From: a virus | IMG/VR virus record: IMGVR_UViG_3300025110_000002 | Location: 4,124 to 68,123 of that record | Reading direction: 5' to 3' (one strand) | Length of the DNA: 64,000 nucleotides | Shown here: in pieces, positions 60,981 to 64,000 of the stretch | Numbering within the stretch: position 1 is the stretch's first letter | How the letters are laid out: the number at the start of each line of letters is the position of its first letter | Translations under genes and position numbers: made by a program | The notes under the pieces: generated by a model | Database searches by the model: none | What the model was told of the DNA's origin: nothing | The model's input: the letters and a program-made list of their open reading frames with translations, nothing else

Positions 60981-63900
60981 TTATACGTACCATTCCCAAT
61001 AATTTGTTGTTTCTACTGCCGAGTTATCTCCATTCATTAATTCAGTTCTAGTTAGCCTAATTTTTGTTTTATATTCATTATATACCCAAAAATTTCCGCT
61101 ACCCTTTGTAAATGATGAACTTGATAATACTCTTGCACCAGTAGCTTTAATTTTTATAGGAATGCCATCAGAATCACATATCATTCCATATCCAGCAGTA
61201 CCTGGCCCAAAAGGCCAATCTCTATTATAATCAACACTATTTGGATTAGTTCCTACTATTGCAATGTTATCTGCTTTAGGACCCGCTAAAATTTTAATTG
61301 GCTTATAATTTGTTCCAAAACCGGTTGGTGCACTACCAATCCAGGATCTTTGCCCATTCGCCGTTGTTATATAATAGCCTGAGTTTAAAGAATTTTGGGA
61401 GAACCCTTCTCTATGATATACCCCTCCAATCAGCCCAGTAGTATTGGTAGGGTCTATGTGGGGTCGGTATAATGCGGGTGCATGTAAATTTAATCTAGGA
61501 AGAGCAGTCTCCGCGTCCCAACTAACAGGTGCTGTAGATGCTAAAGCTTTTGAATGAGAATCTGCAGTATTATAACCCATTATAGTATTAAAATGATAAA
61601 ACTTTTGATGGTAAGCCTTAGAATATATACCAGGAAGCACTACATTTATTTTATATCCTCTTTTCCCCCTATATGTTTCTAATGTATAATCAGCATACCC
61701 ATTTTTATCAAAATAAACTATATTTTCAATTATTCCTGGTGTTGTACCGCTTGGAGATGATTTTATAGTTACTTTATCTGAAATAAACAACTCAGATGCA
61801 TTATTAATACCTGCTTCACTAGATAATTGATTTTTAACAATATTATAATTTGTTAAAGAAGATGTGCTTGGAATTAGCCAAGGGCCTTTCCAATTAGTTT
61901 GCCATGGGGTATTTTTTAAATCATCAGGATAATCTTCTACCACCCATTCACCAGTAATTTTTACTAAAGTATCTTTATATAAAGGGCTATATAGCGGAAA
62001 ACTACAATGTGCCACATCATTATAAATAGCAGGCCAAGCAAACCCTTGATATTCACTATTTTGTCTAATACCAATTGGATCTGTTACAATGCCACTATTA
62101 TTTTTAACTACAACTTGACAATCTTTTACTTTAGTTATTATTCCTTCTTTTGCTTGATATAAACTTAAGTTTCCTTTTTGTATAAAATAAAAGTTACCTT
62201 TTGGAAAATATAATACACCAGGCTTAGTTGTCCCTTGTTCTTGGAAATATAATTTACTATTATCTGTTAAATTTTTATCTGTAGCCCAAATTTTTGGGAA
62301 AACAGCATCTGTTTCGCTGTTTGTTGTATATTGTTTAGTATTTTCGTTAGCATTGCCAGGCTGATGAGTACAATCAACATCAAATTTACCTGAAATTAAA
62401 TGGTACTTATCTACAAGGGTTGTACCATCCCATTTTTTATCTGAATGTAAAAGTCCCTCTACTTTAACTTCTAATTTAGCTGAAGTCGCGTCACTTTGTA
62501 AATTAACTAATATATTTATTGTTAATTCATGGGTTGATGTATCATACGAAAATTTACTGGTAATTGATTTAGTTGATGCCGGGGTTTCAAATAAATTATA
62601 ACTCCCAGCTGAAGGCTGCGCTAATTTTGTGCCTCCTAATACTTCGGTGTATTTAAATTTATTAGCATCAGTAAGTTCGCTAACATCTATAACCCCTATA
62701 TCTTTTATTAATCCAATAGGAATTACAGCTTGATATAAATAATTTGTATTATGTGGTAAATTAGTTGCGCTAGCTATAACCTTATGGCCAGATTGCCCAG
62801 GGGGAGTACTTATTAATTGATTTGTTAAATTAGCGGGGATGCTAACCATAGAACCATTTATATCATCAAGCTTACCTTCAAAAATTACTTGTAAACTTAC
62901 AAAGGGGGCACTTGTGGCTGGCTTTGTTTCTGTTAATGTTGTACTATTTTTAGGGCGAATTGTAAAAGTAGCATTTGCTGATGGCTGGGAGAATGGTCTT
63001 GAATTAAAACCAATTTCTAAATTATCATTTACTTTTCTAAGCAGCAATTCCCCTCCATCAGTATAAGTATCTATAACACTATTATTACTTGCATCTAAAA
63101 ATTCAAAATCGTCTGCATCGATTGAAGATTTAAATAAATATCCTGAAGATGGTGTTAATGTCCAATAATATTCAGAAGCAGCTGGAGTTGATTTTAATCC
63201 AGCACCCCCGGTTGTAGCATATGTAGTTGTTGCTGATGTATAATTACCTGAGCCACTCCCATCTTTTGAATTATTATCATAATCAAATGTAGTTGTAACA
63301 TTTTTGCCCACAAGAGCGCTTATATCTAAAGTATAAGTTTCATTTTCAATTAAATTATCAATTTTTAAATCACCCGAAACAGTAACTTTATGCGTATTAC
63401 TTCCTGTTCCAAATGTTAAAGAGTTTAAGCTTGTAGATGCACTATTTTGGTTAGAACCAAAATTAATATTATTATCACTTGGTTGTACACCTGCAGTATA
63501 AGTTCCAGATGGAAGAACTAATTCTATTGAAAAACTTCTTTTGTGTTTTGTATTAATATAGTCAGATATATCAAATCTATCAAGTATTGAAGAAGAATAA
63601 AACACAATAAGTGAAGCTGTTTTTCTAGATTTTATAGGTCTTAAAATTGTAACAGTATTACCTCCAAACCCAGAATCAATTTTTGATCCTTTTAAACTTT
63701 TAAATACTATAGTATAAGTTTCAGCTGTATTTCCTGCGGGAAAATCTAAAATTATTTCTTTTTTACCAGTATTATCTAATTTTATATTAATATCAGAAAT
63801 TGCACTTGAACTATTACTAAATAAAACATTAACCTCCGCATCTGGTTGTCCTGAAATTGTCAATGGTCTCTGTACTTGAGTATTTGGCAAAGCAGTAATA

Positions 63901-64000
63901 TCAATTTTTTTAGAATATATAAGTTTATCAAGTACTACTATTTTTGTTGGTATTATATTAACTGCGTAGTCTAATACACTATTTATATTATTAATAAATA
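60981..64000 (-). CDS. Large beta-rich tail/structural protein, 5' end beyond the window
   Basis: The frame of the 969-aa track ORF stays open from 63890 to the window edge (FINNINSVLDYAVN...ITALPN). S/T/N-rich. Confidence 0.6.
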   Translation of the reverse strand, partial: FINNINSVLDYAVNIIPTKIVVLDKLIYSKKIDITALPNTQVQRPLTISGQPDAEVNVLFSNSSSAISDINIKLDNTGKKEIILDFPAGNTAETYTIVFKSLKGSKIDSGFGGNTVTILRPIKSRKTASLIVFYSSSILDRFDISDYINTKHKRSFSIELVLPSGTYTAGVQPSDNNINFGSNQNSASTSLNSLTFGTGSNTHKVTVSGDLKIDNLIENETYTLDISALVGKNVTTTFDYDNNSKDGSGSGNYTSATTTYATTGGAGLKSTPAASEYYWTLTPSSGYLFKSSIDADDFEFLDASNNSVIDTYTDGGELLLRKVNDNLEIGFNSRPFSQPSANATFTIRPKNSTTLTETKPATSAPFVSLQVIFEGKLDDINGSMVSIPANLTNQLISTPPGQSGHKVIASATNLPHNTNYLYQAVIPIGLIKDIGVIDVSELTDANKFKYTEVLGGTKLAQPSAGSYNLFETPASTKSITSKFSYDTSTHELTINILVNLQSDATSAKLEVKVEGLLHSDKKWDGTTLVDKYHLISGKFDVDCTHQPGNANENTKQYTTNSETDAVFPKIWATDKNLTDNSKLYFQEQGTTKPGVLYFPKGNFYFIQKGNLSLYQAKEGIITKVKDCQVVVKNNSGIVTDPIGIRQNSEYQGFAWPAIYNDVAHCSFPLYSPLYKDTLVKITGEWVVEDYPDDLKNTPWQTNWKGPWLIPSTSSLTNYNIVKNQLSSEAGINNASELFISDKVTIKSSPSGTTPGIIENIVYFDKNGYADYTLETYRGKRGYKINVVLPGIYSKAYHQKFYHFNTIMGYNTADSHSKALASTAPVSWDAETALPRLNLHAPALYRPHIDPTNTTGLIGGVYHREGFSQNSLNSGYYITTANGQRSWIGSAPTGFGTNYKPIKILAGPKADNIAIVGTNPNSVDYNRDWPFGPGTAGYGMICDSDGIPIKIKATGARVLSSSSFTKGSGNFWVYNEYKTKIRLTRTELMNGDNSAVETTNYWEWYV

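Overview
This is a 64 kb stretch of an AT-rich lytic dsDNA phage genome with podovirus-type, crAss-like gene order, probably infecting marine Flavobacteriia/Bacteroidota. It has three transcription blocks. (1) A late block on the minus strand (1-32264) with tail muzzle and ring proteins, major capsid, scaffold, portal, terminase, three tail fibre/adhesin genes, holin, an M15 endolysin, GroEL/GroES and small basic proteins. (2) An early/middle block on the plus strand (32721-50451) with many tiny ORFs, a stand-alone DnaA domain IV protein, an initiator tRNA-Met, a sigma70-like factor, ERF, an exonuclease, SSB, a Twinkle-type primase-helicase, ThyA, MazG-like proteins, endonuclease I and class Ia RNR. 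(3) A second late block on the minus strand (50493-64000) with ejection/cargo and tail proteins. Both window edges fall inside tail genes, so most of a circularly permuted genome is probably visible. I recognise no DNA polymerase, RNA polymerase or integrase. Main leads: a 2267-aa ejection polyprotein whose zincin, sigma-region-2-like and PD-(D/E)xK modules are separated by three SKASK motifs; a six-copy 39-bp early promoter-like repeat; DnaA-box-like motifs around the DnaA domain IV gene; two inverted 46-bp dyads bracketing the early region; and a pseudoknotted ncRNA candidate directly upstream of the tRNA. All calls come from reading motifs by eye, and no database search was run.
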